From contig NZ_CP069423.1 in assembly GCF_016888765.1 (NCBI RefSeq), positions 1-32,000 of the forward strand: DNA of 32,000 nucleotides, in the 5' to 3' direction. Under the pieces are notes generated by a model. That model was not told the DNA's origin and made no database searches. It saw only the letters and a list, made by a program, of their open reading frames with translations. The position numbers and the translations under genes are program-made. Below are positions 9,226-20,172 of this stretch, piece after piece; position 1 is the stretch's first letter, and every line of letters begins with the position of its first letter. This DNA is from Candidatus Karelsulcia muelleri (GTDB taxonomy: Bacteria; Bacteroidota; Bacteroidia; Flavobacteriales; Blattabacteriaceae).

Positions 9226-12200
9226 ATGGCCAAAATATTCAGAGAATACAATAAGTTAAAAATGTCTGAAATTTCAAACGAAATAAAAACATTTTGGGAA
9301 GAAAAAAAAATATTTAAAAAATGTTTCTCCAAAAATTATAAAAATAAGATTGTATTTTATGAGGGACCCCCATCAATAAATGGGAAACCAGGTTTACATC
9401 ATTTATTTTCTAGAACTATTAAAGATATATTCTGTAGATATTTTACATTAAACAATAATAAAGTAAGTAGAATAGCAGGTTGGGATACTCATGGCTTACC
9501 AGTAGAATTAGTAGTAGAAAAGAAAATGGGGATATCAAAACACGATATTAAAAAAAAAATTGGAATAAAAACATTTAATAAAAACTGTAAAAGTCTGGTA
9601 AACAAAAATGTTAAAACCTGGAATGAAATTAGTAATAAAATTGGGTATTGGTTAGACTTTAAAAATGCATATTTTACTTATGATACCAAATATATAGAAA
9701 CAGTATGGTGGTTATTAAAACAAATATATAATCAAAATAATCTTTATAAAGCTTTTAAAATTCAACCTTATTCCCCAATTGCAGGCACTGGTTTAAGTAC
9801 ACATGAATTAAATTATCCAGGCTGTTATAAAAACAGAACAGATACTGCAGTAATAGCTCAATTCAAAATTAAGAAAACCTTTGAGGATATTAAAGAGGAG
9901 ATATATATCTTATCATGGACGACTACACCTTGGACACTACCCGCTAATACAGCCTTAGCAATAGGCAGAAATATAGAATATGTTTTAATAAATACTTATA
10001 ATCCTTATACCTTAAAAAAAATAAATATAATTCTTTCTAAGAAAACGATATCTAAAACTTTAGATAGTCGCTTGTTTTTTAAAAGAAATAATAAAATTAC
10101 TTTATTTAAAAACAAGCAGAATAAAATTCCATATAGAATTATTAAAACCTTTAAAGGGAAAGTACTTTTGGATACCAAGTATGAGCAACTTATTACTTGG
10201 AAAAAACCTTATGAAGGTTGTGAAAAAGCTTTTAAAATCATAGCTGGAGATTTCGTAAGGCAATCAGAAGGAACAGGGGTTGTGCATATCGCACCTAGTT
10301 TTGGAGAAACAGATTTTGAATTGGCTAAAAACAAAAAAATTCCTATGATGATGATAAGGGGTAAAAACAATAATTTAATACCTTTAGTAGATAATAAAGG
10401 TAAATTTATAAAAAATTTACATCCACTATTTAGTGGAAAATTTATTAAAACAGAATATGAAAATAAGAAAGAAAAATCATTCTCAAAATCAAAATCAACC
10501 GATTTTAAAATAGCTTTATATTTAAAAAAAAAAGAGAAAATTTTTCTAATTGGCAAGCATATCCATTCTTATCCACATTGTTGGAGAACTAAAGCCCCAA
10601 TATTATATTATCCAATAAGTTCTTGGTTTATTAAAACCAGCAAATATAAAAACAAATTACTTAAATTAAATAAATTAATTAATTGGATACCAAGAAGTAC
10701 AGGTATTAAACGATTCGAAAATTGGTTAAAAAATTTAAAAGATTGGAATATCTCTAGAAGTAGATATTGGGGAATTCCATTACCAATTTGGCGCTCAACT
10801 GCAAAGAAAGAAGAAAAAATAATAGGCTCAATTGAAGAATTAATTAAGGAAATAGATAAATCAATTGTTGCTGGATATATGAAAACAAATCCATTTGAAG
10901 ATTTTATAATTGGGAATATGAAAAGAAAAAATTATTCCAAAATAGATCTTCATAAACAGACTTTAGATAAAGTTATCTTAGTCTCTAAAAACAAAATACC
11001 TCTTAAAAGAGAATCCGAAATTGTTGATGTTTGGTTTGATTCGGGGGCAATGCCTTATGCACAACTACATTACCCTTTTGAGAATAGAAAATTAATAGAA
11101 AATAAAATAAATTTTCCAGCTGACTTTATTTGTGAAGGTGTAGATCAGACTAGAGGTTGGTTTTTTACTTTGCATATTCTTTCTACTCTAATTTCAAATT
11201 CTATTGCGTTTAAAACGGCCATTTCCAATGGTTTAATTTTAGATAAATTAGGGAAAAAAATGTCGAAAACTCAGGGCAATACAATTAATCCAATAAAACT
11301 ATTAAAAAAATATGGTGCTGATCCGATCAGATGGTATCTAATCTCTAATTCTAACTCATGGGAAAATATTAAATTTGATGAAAAAGGAATAAAACAGGTA
11401 ACAAAAAAGTTTTTTGGTACTTTATTTAATTCATACTCTTTCTTTGCTTTATATGCAAATATAGATCAGTTTTTACCCAACGAAATGGAAATTAAAATAG
11501 AAAATCTAAATTTATTAGAAAAATGGATAATTTCTAAATTAAATACTTTAATAAAAGATATATCAAGCTATTATAAAAAATATAACATTTTTAAAGTAGC
11601 AAAAACAATAGAACAATTTGTAATTTTTGATTTAAGTAATTGGTATATTAGGCTTTCTAGAAGAAAATTCTGGAAAAATGATTATAATGAAGAGAAGATT
11701 AACGCTTATAAAACACTTTATACTTGTTTAATTACTATATTTAAAATATCTTCACCTATTGCACCATTTTTTATGGAAAAATTTTATAATAATCTCAATA
11801 TAAAAAAAACAGAACCTTATGAAAGTGTACATCTAGTTAAATTTCCTCTTTCTAAAACCAAATTAGTAGATAAATCTCTAGAAAAGAGCATGAAATTAGC
11901 ACAAAATATTACTTCCAAAATATTATTTCTTAGAAAAAAAAATAATATTAAAGTTCGACAAAAATTAACCAAAGCAATTATTCTACTTAAAAAAGAGTCT
12001 AATAAGATATTATTATATAAAGATATCTTAAATTTAATTAAAAATGAAGTTAATGTCAAACAAATAAAAATAAACCCAACTCTTAATAAGATAGCCACTC
12101 TGGATATAAAACCTAATTATAATTTCTTAGGACAAAGATATAAAAAAGATATTAATTTGCTTAAATCTTATATAAAAAAAAATAAGTTAGAAATAAAAGA

Positions 12201-12597
12201 AAACATAAATATAAATATAAAGAATAAAAAATTTAATATAACTATAAAAGACTTGATAATAGATTATCAACCCAAACACTTCTGGAAATTAAGTATTAAT
12301 CAAGATTTCATTGTTGGAATAGACTCACAACTCACGAAGAAATTAATTTTAGAAGGCTTATTAAGAGATTTAATCAAAGTAATTCAAAATTTGAGAAAGA
12401 AAAAAGGCTTTACTGTTACTCAGAGAATAGTCGTGTATCTTAACAGTGATGAGGATATGTTTTTAATAACTATAAAAACATATTCTAAATATATAAGCAC
12501 TGAGGCTTTAGTTAAAAAACTAATCTTAAATAAAAGAAAGATAAATTTCTATTGTTATGTAAATAACAAAACAGTTTCAATAGCAATTGAAAGGTAG
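9226..12597 (+). CDS. ileS: Isoleucine--tRNA ligase
   Basis: GPPSINGKPGLHHLFSRTIKDIFCRY, AGWDTHGLPVEL, and GKKMSKTQGN; 1123 aa. Confidence 0.96.
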   Translation: MAKIFREYNKLKMSEISNEIKTFWEEKKIFKKCFSKNYKNKIVFYEGPPSINGKPGLHHLFSRTIKDIFCRYFTLNNNKVSRIAGWDTHGLPVELVVEKKMGISKHDIKKKIGIKTFNKNCKSLVNKNVKTWNEISNKIGYWLDFKNAYFTYDTKYIETVWWLLKQIYNQNNLYKAFKIQPYSPIAGTGLSTHELNYPGCYKNRTDTAVIAQFKIKKTFEDIKEEIYILSWTTTPWTLPANTALAIGRNIEYVLINTYNPYTLKKINIILSKKTISKTLDSRLFFKRNNKITLFKNKQNKIPYRIIKTFKGKVLLDTKYEQLITWKKPYEGCEKAFKIIAGDFVRQSEGTGVVHIAPSFGETDFELAKNKKIPMMMIRGKNNNLIPLVDNKGKFIKNLHPLFSGKFIKTEYENKKEKSFSKSKSTDFKIALYLKKKEKIFLIGKHIHSYPHCWRTKAPILYYPISSWFIKTSKYKNKLLKLNKLINWIPRSTGIKRFENWLKNLKDWNISRSRYWGIPLPIWRSTAKKEEKIIGSIEELIKEIDKSIVAGYMKTNPFEDFIIGNMKRKNYSKIDLHKQTLDKVILVSKNKIPLKRESEIVDVWFDSGAMPYAQLHYPFENRKLIENKINFPADFICEGVDQTRGWFFTLHILSTLISNSIAFKTAISNGLILDKLGKKMSKTQGNTINPIKLLKKYGADPIRWYLISNSNSWENIKFDEKGIKQVTKKFFGTLFNSYSFFALYANIDQFLPNEMEIKIENLNLLEKWIISKLNTLIKDISSYYKKYNIFKVAKTIEQFVIFDLSNWYIRLSRRKFWKNDYNEEKINAYKTLYTCLITIFKISSPIAPFFMEKFYNNLNIKKTEPYESVHLVKFPLSKTKLVDKSLEKSMKLAQNITSKILFLRKKNNIKVRQKLTKAIILLKKESNKILLYKDILNLIKNEVNVKQIKINPTLNKIATLDIKPNYNFLGQRYKKDINLLKSYIKKNKLEIKENININIKNKKFNITIKDLIIDYQPKHFWKLSINQDFIVGIDSQLTKKLILEGLLRDLIKVIQNLRKKKGFTVTQRIVVYLNSDEDMFLITIKTYSKYISTEALVKKLILNKRKINFYCYVNNKTVSIAIER

Positions 12598-12598
12598 G

Positions 12599-12673
12599 CT
12601 CCTCAAGCTGGATTTGAACCAACGACACCCTGATTAACAGTCAGGTGCTCTAACCAAACTGAGCTACTGAGGA
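12599..12673 (-). tRNA. tRNA-Asn(GTT)
   Basis: Reverse complement TCCTCAGTAGCTCAG...CCTGACTGTTAATCAGG...GGTTCAAATCCAGCTTGAGGAG; anticodon GTT, discriminator G. Confidence 0.95.
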
Positions 12674-12763
12674 AATCTTTAATTTAAAGATTAAATCTTA
12701 ATTTTTTTTACTTTCCTTTTTTTAAAATAGAAATATAAGTAGATTTAGGTAAAGAAAGATTTC

Positions 12764-12907
12764 TCAGTTGACGTAGTGTATTCCTCTTCTATTTATCTCA
12801 ATCTTTTTTCTCGATATAGTATTAGTATACTCTAATAATATATCCGTTAGTGTAGTTTTTCCATGATCAATATGAGCGAGAATACAAAAATTTAGAAGAA
12901 ATCTCAT
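12764..12907 (-). pseudogene. lepA: lepA (elongation factor 4) 5'-end relic
   Basis: Reverse-strand translation [47 protein letters not shown], which resembles the LepA N-terminus ([22 protein letters not shown]...) including the P-loop, then stops. Confidence 0.8.
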
Positions 12908-12934
12908 AGTTTATTAAATAATATTTTCTTCATA

Positions 12935-14002
12935 TTATTTATTAAATAATATTTTCTTCATATTAAAAGACAAATCTAAAAAATTAAATAAGAATAAATA
13001 ATATCTGTCAATACCTTTAATTACATCACTTATTAAGTGATTTATTATCCTGACTTTTTTAGTATTTATGTATCTACAAAATTGTTTCCAATTAAAATTT
13101 TTATAATAAAAAAATGGATTGATGTAATTTTTATCATATTTATATCGATGTGCAATTCTAAAAATCTCTAAGGAAAACAAAAGAAAACTTTTTTTTTTGT
13201 CCCTATTCCAGGAATTAATTTGGGACCCCCATCTCAAGAAGGAATCTATTTTATGTTTTAAATTGAATAACATTCTCATCCAAAATATAAAATTAAGATT
13301 TAAATTATTGTTTTTATTCTTTAAAATTTTAAAGATAGTATTAAGATTACCTGCTGAAATAGCAACTATAGTTTGTGCTTGTTTTTTATATAAATGAAAC
13401 TTTCTAATTAAATATTTTTCAATAATTTTATTAGAAATTAGTTTTAATTTTATTATAAGTAACCTAGATTTTAGAGTTGGTAAAATTAAGTTTTCATTTT
13501 CTCCAATAAATAAAAAAAACACTCGCTTTGGTGGAGAATCTAAAACATTTAATAATTTATTCCCTGCTTGAATAGTTAAGTGTTCTAACATCCAAAATAT
13601 TACAACCTTATGAGAAAGTTCATAAGATTTTAAATTTATCATTTTTAAAGCAGCTTCAACTTGCTCTAAGGAAATTTTGCAATCTTTATTTTCATAATGT
13701 ATTTTTTTTTTCCAATCTAATAAACTACCATAAGGTTGATTAACTAAAAAATTATGCCATTTATTATAAAAATAATTACTTTTCTGTTTAGGTAAATTCG
13801 GTAAAGGAAAAAGAAACTGTATATCTGGATGTGCTAACATATCAATTTTTAAAAGCTTTTTTAGAAATTTTATTCCTAATTTAAACTTTCCACAGCCTTC
13901 CGGGCCAAGAAGTAAAATACCCGTTGGCAATATATTAAATTTACAAAAATTATATAATTCAGCTTTTATTTTTTCGTGTTCAATCAAAGATTCAAGCTTC
14001 AT
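12935..14002 (-). CDS. holB: DNA polymerase III delta' subunit (HolB-like clamp-loader ATPase)
   Basis: GILLLGPEGCGKFKLG Walker A, HKVVIFWMLEHLTIQAGNKLLNVLDSPPKRVFFLF, ILPTLKSRL. Confidence 0.8.
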   Translation of the reverse strand: MKLESLIEHEKIKAELYNFCKFNILPTGILLLGPEGCGKFKLGIKFLKKLLKIDMLAHPDIQFLFPLPNLPKQKSNYFYNKWHNFLVNQPYGSLLDWKKKIHYENKDCKISLEQVEAALKMINLKSYELSHKVVIFWMLEHLTIQAGNKLLNVLDSPPKRVFFLFIGENENLILPTLKSRLLIIKLKLISNKIIEKYLIRKFHLYKKQAQTIVAISAGNLNTIFKILKNKNNNLNLNFIFWMRMLFNLKHKIDSFLRWGSQINSWNRDKKKSFLLFSLEIFRIAHRYKYDKNYINPFFYYKNFNWKQFCRYINTKKVRIINHLISDVIKGIDRYYLFLFNFLDLSFNMKKILFNK

Positions 14003-14075
14003 ATTATTTAATATTAATTCTTAAGCTTAAGATTAAACTCAAAGTAGGCTATAAGCTATAGAAAATTATAAAAAT

Positions 14076-15683
14076 CTAATAGTTTTTTTGGAACGAAACT
14101 ATTTGATTAAATATTAAATTTTTACTACTACTTTCTTTATCAAGACAAAAATAACCACTTCGTATAAATTGATATTTATTTTCAGGTTTAGCATTTTTTA
14201 AATAAGGTTCAGCATAAGCTTTTGCTTTTATTTTTGAATTTTCATTAACATAATTCCTAAAATTTTTTACTTTGTTAGGAAATTTAATGTTAAATAATTT
14301 TCCATAGAAATTTATGTTAATAGGGAAAGAATATATTTTAGATACCCAATGTAAAGTGGCCTGCTTCTTTTTTTTCTTTTTGTATAATTGACACAATATA
14401 TATTTGATATTCCCATTATTATTTTTTATTATAGATTTAGCTGTTATTAGAAACGCAGATTTTAATCTTACTTTTTGACCAATCGATAAACGAAAAAAGT
14501 TATCTGTTTTAGTTTCTAAAAAGTCTTTGCTTTCTATATAGATTTCTCTAGAAAATGGAATTTTACGATATATATCAGAATTATGGTTGTTTTTTTCTAT
14601 TAACCATTTAGTTTTCTTAAAATTTTCTATTATTAAAGTGAGAGGATTAAATACGACCATTACCCTCTCAGCAATTTTATTTAAATGTTTCTTTAGATGA
14701 AATTCTAATAAAGAAATATCAATATTATTTTCTCTTTTGGAAATTCCTATTTCTTTTATAAAGTTACAAATAGATTTAGGAGTAAAACCTCTTCTTCGAA
14801 GCCCAGAAATGGTTGGTAATCTTGGGTCATCCCAATTATCCACCAGTTTGTTTTTAATTAAACTTTGTATTTTTTTTTTACTCATTAAAGAGTAATTTAA
14901 ATTTAATCTAGAATACTCATATTGTTTTGGCAAAATTACATTATTTTTATTTTTAATTTGAAGAATAAACCAGTTATATAATGGATTATTATGTTTAAAT
15001 TCTAACGTACATAAAGAATGTGAGATTTTTTCTAAATAATCATTTTGCCCATGTGCCCAATCATAAGTGGGATATATTACCCACTTATTTTTAGTTTTGT
15101 AGTGCTTTTTTTTTAGTATTCTATACATAATAGGATCTCTAAGTTTTAGATTAGGGGAGTTCATATCTATTTTAGCTCGTAAGACACATTCACCTTCGTT
15201 AAAAAAACCAGATTTCATTTTTTTAAATAATTTTATATTTTCCTTTTTTGACCTATTTCTAAAAGGACTTTTTATCCCAACTTCATAAGAAGTTTTTCTT
15301 TGTTCTTTAATTTCCTGTTTGTTTTGGCTATCTACATAAGCTTTGCCTTTTAAGATTAATTTCTTAGCTAGTTTATAAAGCTTCAAAAAATAATCGGATG
15401 CATAAGTTTCTTTAACCCACTTAAACCCTAGCCATTTTATATCTTTTTTAATTGCTTGAATGAATTTTGATTCTTCCTTAAGAGGATTAGTATCATCAAA
15501 ACGCAAGATAAAAGGACCTTTATATTTTTCAGCAAGGTAAAAATTTAGATATATTGATTTCACATGCCCTAAGTGTAAATACCCATTAGGTTCTGGAGGG
15601 AATCTAAATGATAAATTTTCCTTCGGGAACCCTTTTTTAATATCTTTCTCAATAATTTTTTCTAAAAAATTTTTTGGATGCAT
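14076..15683 (-). CDS. glnS: Glutamine--tRNA ligase
   Basis: FRFPPEPNGYLHLGHVKSI, RFDDTNP, PTYDWAHGQNDYLEKISHSLCTLEF, and LMSKKKI. Confidence 0.96.
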   Translation of the reverse strand: MHPKNFLEKIIEKDIKKGFPKENLSFRFPPEPNGYLHLGHVKSIYLNFYLAEKYKGPFILRFDDTNPLKEESKFIQAIKKDIKWLGFKWVKETYASDYFLKLYKLAKKLILKGKAYVDSQNKQEIKEQRKTSYEVGIKSPFRNRSKKENIKLFKKMKSGFFNEGECVLRAKIDMNSPNLKLRDPIMYRILKKKHYKTKNKWVIYPTYDWAHGQNDYLEKISHSLCTLEFKHNNPLYNWFILQIKNKNNVILPKQYEYSRLNLNYSLMSKKKIQSLIKNKLVDNWDDPRLPTISGLRRRGFTPKSICNFIKEIGISKRENNIDISLLEFHLKKHLNKIAERVMVVFNPLTLIIENFKKTKWLIEKNNHNSDIYRKIPFSREIYIESKDFLETKTDNFFRLSIGQKVRLKSAFLITAKSIIKNNNGNIKYILCQLYKKKKKKQATLHWVSKIYSFPININFYGKLFNIKFPNKVKNFRNYVNENSKIKAKAYAEPYLKNAKPENKYQFIRSGYFCLDKESSSKNLIFNQIVSFQKNY

Positions 15684-15686
15684 AGA

Positions 15687-17528
15687 TCACGATCTTATAT
15701 AGAATAATAAATTATTTAAATCTGAGTGAGAAATTCCACTAATTTTTAAAGCTTCACCAAGATTTTTAGGTTTAAAATTAAATAATTTTTCCCTTGCTTC
15801 TAGAGATAAAGATTTAATCTTATCGTAATTAAAATTTTTAGGAATTATTAAATTTTCTAATTTTAAAATTCTTTTAACATTTTCTTCTTCTTTTTTTAAA
15901 TAGACTTTATATTTGAGCAGAATAGAAAGTTTCTTTAAAATCTTATTAGATATTTTATTCTCTTTTATAAAGTTTTTAATTAATGAAATTTTTATTATAT
16001 CTTTAATTGTAAATTTTGTTGAAGATAAAAACTTAATAATTTTTATAGCCTTATTTTTAAAATAATTTGTTTTTATTTTTCTAGAATTAATTCGATTATT
16101 AAAAAATTGAATACAGAGATTAATTTTTTTGTTTTGATTTCTTAATTTATATATAATATTATTATAAATTAATCCTAATTTATAAGCTATAGGCATTAAT
16201 CTTTGATCGGCGTTATCTTGTCTTAATAAAATTCTATATTCTGCTAGTGAGGTAAACATTCTGTATGGTTCCTGAGTACCTTTATTTATTAAATCATCTA
16301 TTAAAACGCCAATATAGGCTTCATTTCTTTTTAAGATTAAAGGTTTTTTTTGAGTAATTTTTAAATGAGCATTTATGCCTGCAATTAAACCTTGTGCTGC
16401 GGCTTCTTCATATCCAGTAGTCCCATTAATTTGCCCTGCAAAAAAAAGGTTTTCAACTATTTTAGTTTCTAAATTTTGTTTTAATTGATTTGGATTGAAA
16501 TAATCATACTCGATTGCATATCCTGGTTTTAAAATTATTGCTTTTTCGAAACCAGGTATTTTTAATAAGGCTTTCTTTTGTATTTCGATTGGTAAAGATG
16601 TTGAGAATCCATTTATATACATTTCTATAGAATGGTTACCATCAGGTTCGACAAATATTTGATGCCTAGTTTTATTTGGAAATCTATATATTTTTTCCTC
16701 AATAGAAGGACAATATCTTGGACCTTTGCTTTTCACATTTCCATTATACAATGGAGAAAGGTGAATATTATTTCTAATTAATTCATGAAGTTTCTCATCG
16801 GTATAAGTAATATAACATTTATTTTGTTTTTTTGTTTTCTTCAAAAAAGAAAAAGCTTCAATTGGAAGATCTCCATTCTGAATTATCATTTTATTATAAT
16901 TTAATGATCTAGCATCTACTCTTGGGGAGGTACCAGTTTTAAGACGGCCAGAAACAAATCCAAGGTTTGTAAGCTTTTTAGTTAAGCCTAAAACTGCGGT
17001 TTCTGATAATCGCCCACCGTCTGTTTTTTTGTTTCCAATATGAATTCTACCATTTAGAAAGGTTCCAGCAGCTAAAATTACGGCCTTTCCAAATATATTT
17101 TTACCTACTAAAGATTTAACACCGAGTATTTTCTTATTACGAATTATCAAGTCAATTATAGTATCTTGAATAATAGATAAATTCCTAATTTTTTTTAAAG
17201 CAGATTTCCAATTTTTTAGAAATTTTCTTCTATCACATTGTGCTCTTGGACTCCACATTGCCGGACCTTTAGATTGGTTTAACATTCTAAATTGTATCAT
17301 ACTTCTGTCAGTTATAAGTCCTGATAGGCCACCTAACGCATTAATTTCCTTTATTATTTGCCCTTTTGCTATCCCACCAATAGCTGGATTGCAAGACATT
17401 TTAGCTATGTTATCTATCTCAGAAGTAATTAACAAGGTTTTAGAGCCTAATTTGGCCGATACAGCCGCAGCTTCGGATCCAGCATGTCCGGCTCCTACTA
17501 CAATTACATCAAAGCTGTTTGAGGACAT
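15687..17528 (-). CDS. mnmG: tRNA uridine-5-carboxymethylaminomethyl(34) synthesis enzyme MnmG
   Basis: [17 protein letters not shown] (FAD fold), [36 protein letters not shown]. The ORF extends to 17573; start placed at the internal Met of [14 protein letters not shown]. Confidence 0.95.
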   Translation of the reverse strand: MSSNSFDVIVVGAGHAGSEAAAVSAKLGSKTLLITSEIDNIAKMSCNPAIGGIAKGQIIKEINALGGLSGLITDRSMIQFRMLNQSKGPAMWSPRAQCDRRKFLKNWKSALKKIRNLSIIQDTIIDLIIRNKKILGVKSLVGKNIFGKAVILAAGTFLNGRIHIGNKKTDGGRLSETAVLGLTKKLTNLGFVSGRLKTGTSPRVDARSLNYNKMIIQNGDLPIEAFSFLKKTKKQNKCYITYTDEKLHELIRNNIHLSPLYNGNVKSKGPRYCPSIEEKIYRFPNKTRHQIFVEPDGNHSIEMYINGFSTSLPIEIQKKALLKIPGFEKAIILKPGYAIEYDYFNPNQLKQNLETKIVENLFFAGQINGTTGYEEAAAQGLIAGINAHLKITQKKPLILKRNEAYIGVLIDDLINKGTQEPYRMFTSLAEYRILLRQDNADQRLMPIAYKLGLIYNNIIYKLRNQNKKINLCIQFFNNRINSRKIKTNYFKNKAIKIIKFLSSTKFTIKDIIKISLIKNFIKENKISNKILKKLSILLKYKVYLKKEEENVKRILKLENLIIPKNFNYDKIKSLSLEAREKLFNFKPKNLGEALKISGISHSDLNNLLFYIRS

Positions 17529-17883
17529 ATTTTTCTTTTTCAGTAATTTGCTTATTATTATCTTCGTACCCAATTAAATGTAAGACTCCATGTATCATTA
17601 CTCTTTTTAATTCATCATAAAATTTTTTTTTAAAGACAATAGAGTTAAATTTTATCATCTCAATATTTATATAAATTTCTCCTACTTGTTTGCGATCAGT
17701 CTGTTTTAATGTGATAACATCAGTCCATTTGGTGTTTTTAAAAACAAAAAAATTTAGAGTAGAAATATATTTATTATTGCAAAAAATATAAATAATTTTT
17801 TTAAAATTACTTTTTTCATATCGTAATATTTTTTCTATTTTTTTTTTAAATGAAAAATTATAGTAAAAATAAAAAGATATCAT
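17509..17883 (-). CDS. ybeY: Endoribonuclease YbeY
   Basis: C-terminal [17 protein letters not shown] resembles the YbeY HGxLHLxGY motif; TDVIT segment; position upstream of mnmG. Confidence 0.8.
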   Translation of the reverse strand: MISFYFYYNFSFKKKIEKILRYEKSNFKKIIYIFCNNKYISTLNFFVFKNTKWTDVITLKQTDRKQVGEIYINIEMIKFNSIVFKKKFYDELKRVMIHGVLHLIGYEDNNKQITEKEKYVLKQL

Positions 17884-17901
17884 CTCTCCCGTTTAAATAA
17901 A

Positions 17902-17972
17902 AGGTACTGAGCGGAATCGAACCACTGTTAAAGATTTTGCAGACCTTTACCTAACCACTCGGCCACAGTACC
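17902..17972 (-). tRNA. tRNA-Cys(GCA)
   Basis: Reverse complement GGTACTG...AAGGTCTGCAAAATCTT...GTGGTTCGATTCCGCTCAGTACCT; 7-bp acceptor, anticodon GCA, discriminator U. Confidence 0.92.
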
Positions 17973-18042
17973 AATAACAATAATATAATATTTCTTTTCT
18001 TGTTTCTAGATAGTAAATATTAGTAAATCTTGTAGTTAAATC

Positions 18043-18606
18043 TTGGAAATGAAAAGAATAATTTTAAAAGTAGAAAAAAGAGTAATTGGAAATAAAAAAC
18101 ATATAAAAAGTTTCAGAGAATCTGGTTACACACCTTGCATAGTGTATGGGAAGAATAAAAACATTAAATTTGTTTTGGATTCTTATTTAGTAGAAAAAAT
18201 AATTAAAAATAACACATTAAGCAAATTTATAGTATCTATAAACAATGAAATCAATATTACTACTATATTAAAAGAAATCCAATATAACCCAATTACAGAA
18301 AAAATATTGCATTTAGATTTTTTTGAATTAAACCCTATAAAGTATATTACTTATGAAGTGCCTATTAAACCCATAGGAAAAGCAAAAGGAGTTTATAAAG
18401 GTGGGGAGTATATATCTAAAATACGAAACTTAAAAATTAAGGCTTTACCTAAGAATATGGTAGATCATATAGAGATTAATATTGAAAATTTAGATATAGG
18501 AGAAAATTATTATGTAAAAAATATACCTCAAAAAAAAATAGTAATATTACATGACTCTAATACAGTTATTTCTGCAATTAAACCGATTATTGAAACCTCT
18601 CAATAA
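18043..18606 (+). CDS. rplY: 50S ribosomal protein bL25 (Ctc family)
   Basis: GYTPCIVYGKN, LKEIQYNPITEKILHLDFFEL, and a C-terminal TL5-like domain (GVYKGG...LKALPKN-type segment). Confidence 0.9.
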   Translation: MEMKRIILKVEKRVIGNKKHIKSFRESGYTPCIVYGKNKNIKFVLDSYLVEKIIKNNTLSKFIVSINNEINITTILKEIQYNPITEKILHLDFFELNPIKYITYEVPIKPIGKAKGVYKGGEYISKIRNLKIKALPKNMVDHIEINIENLDIGENYYVKNIPQKKIVILHDSNTVISAIKPIIETSQ

Positions 18607-18672
18607 ATCAAGCCAAAATAATTGTACCTATATCTTCTTGTTTCAGAGTTTTAAAGTTAAAACAATTAAGTA

Positions 18673-20172
18673 TTAATTTAATAAAAACATTAGCTTTAGT
18701 ATTCTTTTCATCAGCTCCTTTTTTTTTAATATTTTAATTATAAAATAAATATCTAATCCAATTAATTTTCCAACCAAACTAATCCGTAAGATTTTAAATA
18801 AATAAGAGATCTTAATATTTTTGTTAAGAGCTAATTTATAAAAGAAAATTTTTAGTAATTTTAAATTATTTTTATCATTATTTTTTAACCATTCTATTAT
18901 TAGAAATAAAATGTTTTTATTTATATTTTTATTTAATAAAACTTTACTTATGTAAGTTTTCTTTAAACTTGGGGTTTTAAAGAAATAAATTGACTTTTCT
19001 ATGATTTGATAGACAAAAGTACATTGGGATCTAATTCGTAAAATAATTTGTTGTAGTTTTTGATCATTATTAAAAGAAATTTTTTTCTCTTTCAAACTTA
19101 TTTTAACTAACCGAGTCAAATCAGAAACCGATTGGCATTGTAGGTGTCTATGATTAATCCATTTCATTTTTTCTTTATCAAATCTAGCCGAAGTAAAATT
19201 AATATCTTTTAATGAAAAGGTAGATATTAATTCTTTTAATGAAAAAATTTCTTTATTTCCACCTGGATTCCAACCAAAAAAGGCTAACATATTAAGCAAA
19301 GCCTCTGGTAAATATCCTAATTCACGATACCCAAGAATAGTCGTTAATTTGATAGGATCTTTCCACTTTAATGGAAAGATAGGAAAATTGAATTGGTTCG
19401 AATTTCTTTTACTTAATTTACCTTTTCCTAAGGGATTTAAGATCAAAGGAAGATGTAAAAAATTAGGCATTTTCCAATTAAAAAAATTATACAACAATTG
19501 TAGTATAGGAAAAGAAGAAATCCATTCTTCTCCTTTAATGACATGTGAAATTTTCATAAGATGATCATCAATTACATTGGCTAAATGATAGGTAACATTG
19601 CCATCAGATTTTACTAATACCTTATCATCTAGTGAATTGGAATTTATGGAAATATTTCCACGTAATATATCATTAACTTTAATCGTCGTTGATGCTGGGA
19701 CTTTTAATCTTATTGTAGCCTGTTTTGTTTTTACATGCTTAAAAGCAAACTCATTCAATGAATTTTTTAGTTGACTTCTAGTTAAAGAATTATATAGAAA
19801 TAATTTCCCTTTTTCTTTATACTCATTTCTTATTTGTTTTAAATCAGCTTTGGTTTCAAAAGCATAATAAGCATATTCATTTTTCAATAAATATTTTATA
19901 TATTTTTTGTATATATGTTTTCTTTTAGATTGACGATAAGGCCCATATTTTCCGGTGTCTGGTCCCTCATCAGGAATAATCCCGCACCATTTAAGAGAAT
20001 TTAAAATATGTTTTTCAGATTTTTTAAGAAATCTTTCTTTATCTGTATCCTCAAATCTTAGGATAAAAGATCCTTTATTCTTCTTTGCAAATAAATAATT
20101 AAATAATGCAGTTCTTAAATTCCCTATATGGAATGGGCCAGTTGGACTGGGAGCAAAACGAACTCTTATCAT
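18673..20172 (-). CDS. gltX: Glutamate--tRNA ligase
   Basis: RVRFAPSPTGPFHIGNLRTALFNYLFA, RFEDTDKER, GPYRQSKR, GKLSKRN. Confidence 0.96.
   Translation of the reverse strand: MIRVRFAPSPTGPFHIGNLRTALFNYLFAKKNKGSFILRFEDTDKERFLKKSEKHILNSLKWCGIIPDEGPDTGKYGPYRQSKRKHIYKKYIKYLLKNEYAYYAFETKADLKQIRNEYKEKGKLFLYNSLTRSQLKNSLNEFAFKHVKTKQATIRLKVPASTTIKVNDILRGNISINSNSLDDKVLVKSDGNVTYHLANVIDDHLMKISHVIKGEEWISSFPILQLLYNFFNWKMPNFLHLPLILNPLGKGKLSKRNSNQFNFPIFPLKWKDPIKLTTILGYRELGYLPEALLNMLAFFGWNPGGNKEIFSLKELISTFSLKDINFTSARFDKEKMKWINHRHLQCQSVSDLTRLVKISLKEKKISFNNDQKLQQIILRIRSQCTFVYQIIEKSIYFFKTPSLKKTYISKVLLNKNINKNILFLIIEWLKNNDKNNLKLLKIFFYKLALNKNIKISYLFKILRISLVGKLIGLDIYFIIKILKKKELMKRILKLMFLLN

Noticed and set aside
10209-10556. 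Minus-strand ORF of 115 aa
   Set aside because: It is antisense to ileS, with low-complexity composition mirroring the coding strand; a shadow ORF.
12674-12700. Inverted repeat AATCTTTA...TAAAGATT as a transcription terminator
   Set aside because: The stem is pure AT-rich and short, and similar palindromes are expected by chance at this base composition; it is upstream of tRNA-Asn, not clearly at a transcript end.
17389-17577. Plus-strand ORF of 62 aa
   Set aside because: It is antisense to the conserved FAD-binding start of mnmG; a shadow ORF.
19349-19564. Plus-strand ORF of 71 aa
   Set aside because: It is antisense to gltX with no independent support.
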